Of a stretch of DNA of 64,000 nt, positions 62,564 through 64,000 are shown piece after piece; the stretch's first letter is position 1; every line of letters starts with the position of its first letter. The stretch covers positions 1-64,000 of the forward strand of contig CAVSHO010000007.1 of assembly GCA_963727825.1 (NCBI GenBank). The letters run 5' to 3'. The notes under the pieces were generated by a model. That model worked only from the letters and a program-made list of their open reading frames with translations, ran no database searches and was not told the origin of the DNA. Made by a program: the position numbers and the translations under genes. This stretch comes from Ignavibacteriota bacterium. Its GTDB lineage: Bacteria; Bacteroidota; Ignavibacteria; UBA10030.

Positions 62564-63982
62564 ATGAAGAGAAAGATGTTCAATGTTATGAGAATCAAAT
62601 GGGGCGTCAGAATTATTTGCGGACTTATGCTTCTAGTCAAGAGCTGGTCGATTTGTCCATCGCAAACGGTGTGGACACAGCGACAATTTATTTTAGGAAC
62701 GTTTTATGATCCTCCTTATGATTTTACGAAACAATCTCTAAAGGATGACAGTGCAAAATTTCAATTGGCCAAGGATGCGAATTTTAATTTATTAACAGGC
62801 ACTGAAGGCGATGGAGCAATTAATCACAGTTACGAAGGAATGATGTGGGCATTAAAGGTCGCTAAATGTGTCGGACTACACTATCTGGTAAGCGACAACA
62901 GAATTTATGAAGCGTACAATCATCGGTTTGATATTCAGGTTGCACGTGATCTAGTCAATCAATACAAAAGAGTGCCAAGTGAATTGCAGAATTCCTTCTA
63001 TGGATTTACTTTATGCGATGAACCCCAAAATAGATTGAACCACTTTGAGAACGTAACTGCGTGGAAGACCTTCCTTGAATCTACATTTCCAGACAAACTG
63101 GGTTATATCAACCTAGCTCCGTCGTACGGCGCAGATCAGAATTGGGGGGGATTCACCGGAGGCAACCGTGACGGAATTTTAAATGAGTTGGAAAAGAATC
63201 ACTATGAGAAGTATTTGGATATGTATGTTGATAGTTTACACCCGGCAATAGTATCTTTTGATCATTATCCTTTTTTCCGCAACGGGGATATCCGGCGCGA
63301 TTATTTTTATAATCTGAAGGTGATCCGTTCTAAATCAGCCGGAAGGCCTTTTTGGGCGTGCCCTATGACTATCGATCACTACAATTACATCGATCCTCAA
63401 GAAGCACACGTGCTATTTATGTTTTTTTGTCCAATAGCATACGGTGCAAAAGGACTGATCACCTTTACGTTCTGGCCGGCATTCTATACGGGGTATCGCT
63501 CTTCGCTCTTTGACAGACAGGGGAATAAGACGTTCAGATATGAACTGGTGAGAAAATTAAATCTTTACATAGAAAAGGTTTTAGCACCAGTCGTGATGAA
63601 TGTCGCACAGATAGAAATCTATCATGCTTCCTCTTTCCCGAATAATCAATTGTTTATTGACGATGAGATTAATGCGGATTCAAGCTTGATCTCCAGTGTG
63701 AGTGATGAGAAGATCATGCTGGGAATATTTAAAAATCAAAAGAAATTCTACCTTTTTGTTGTTAATAAAAGCTTAAATACGATTTCACAAACTCGGATAA
63801 GTATGAAAGGGAGTTTTTCATTTGTAGAACTAGCACCACGTGTGATTGGTTTTGATCAAAATACGTCAACTCAGTATATAAAACTAAGGACCGAGATTAA
63901 TGCAGGAAACACCATCACGTCCTTTACGATCCCTGAACTGAGCGGTGGTGAAGGCCGACTTATAAAAATATCTATGAAATAG
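62564..63982 (+). CDS. Exported glycoside-hydrolase-like TIM-barrel protein
   Basis: Signal peptide, ANFN, GFTLCDEP, YINL, SFDHYP, PFW, AYGAKG..FTFW. Confidence 0.65.
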   Translation: MKRKMFNVMRIKWGVRIICGLMLLVKSWSICPSQTVWTQRQFILGTFYDPPYDFTKQSLKDDSAKFQLAKDANFNLLTGTEGDGAINHSYEGMMWALKVAKCVGLHYLVSDNRIYEAYNHRFDIQVARDLVNQYKRVPSELQNSFYGFTLCDEPQNRLNHFENVTAWKTFLESTFPDKLGYINLAPSYGADQNWGGFTGGNRDGILNELEKNHYEKYLDMYVDSLHPAIVSFDHYPFFRNGDIRRDYFYNLKVIRSKSAGRPFWACPMTIDHYNYIDPQEAHVLFMFFCPIAYGAKGLITFTFWPAFYTGYRSSLFDRQGNKTFRYELVRKLNLYIEKVLAPVVMNVAQIEIYHASSFPNNQLFIDDEINADSSLISSVSDEKIMLGIFKNQKKFYLFVVNKSLNTISQTRISMKGSFSFVELAPRVIGFDQNTSTQYIKLRTEINAGNTITSFTIPELSGGEGRLIKISMK

Positions 63983-64000
63983 TCGGTGATACGGGAGGTG

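Noticed and set aside
1-64000. CRISPR array or cas genes
   Set aside because: No run of equal-length direct repeats with unique spacers and no cas motifs were seen. The ORF6N palindromes differ from each other and are protein-coding.

Overview
The window consists of two compositionally different halves that join abruptly at about 25,020. The left half (1 to ~25,020; roughly 60-65% GC by eye; Spirochaetia-like gene style, tentative) is accessory DNA. It holds an IS630 end, sugar isomerase, oxidoreductase and URO-D-like genes, a 3' tRNA-Leu(GAG) fragment with integrase arm-like repeats (a probable att site), and a divergent GntR/UTRA-regulated carbohydrate cluster (LplABC-type ABC importer, GH5-like and GH42-like hydrolases, two SIS proteins, ROK kinase, FAD oxidoreductase). 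The right half (~25,020 to 64,000; roughly 40% GC; Ignavibacteria/Chlorobi-like) is mostly core genome: truncated bamD, ccmABCDE, bshB1, xseAB-dxs, ribD/ribE, secG, tRNA-Lys, rplM-rpsI-rpsB-tsf-pyrH-frr, polA, rsfS, argS, and the start of a surface-polysaccharide locus. It also carries a small decaying restriction-modification/ORF6N islet and a MITE. Many genes, including polA and argS, have 1-bp frameshifts that are probably long-read errors, and the junction is most likely a chimeric read or assembly. The best candidates for new biology are: (i) a possible bacterial free-amino-sugar (chitosan/GlcN-type) utilisation regulon with altered GH catalytic motifs; (ii) an intact NucS-like/winged-helix nuclease whose methyltransferase has been deleted; (iii) a stack of ORF6N fragments, each centred on a coding palindrome. 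All family assignments come from motif recognition, not from database searches.
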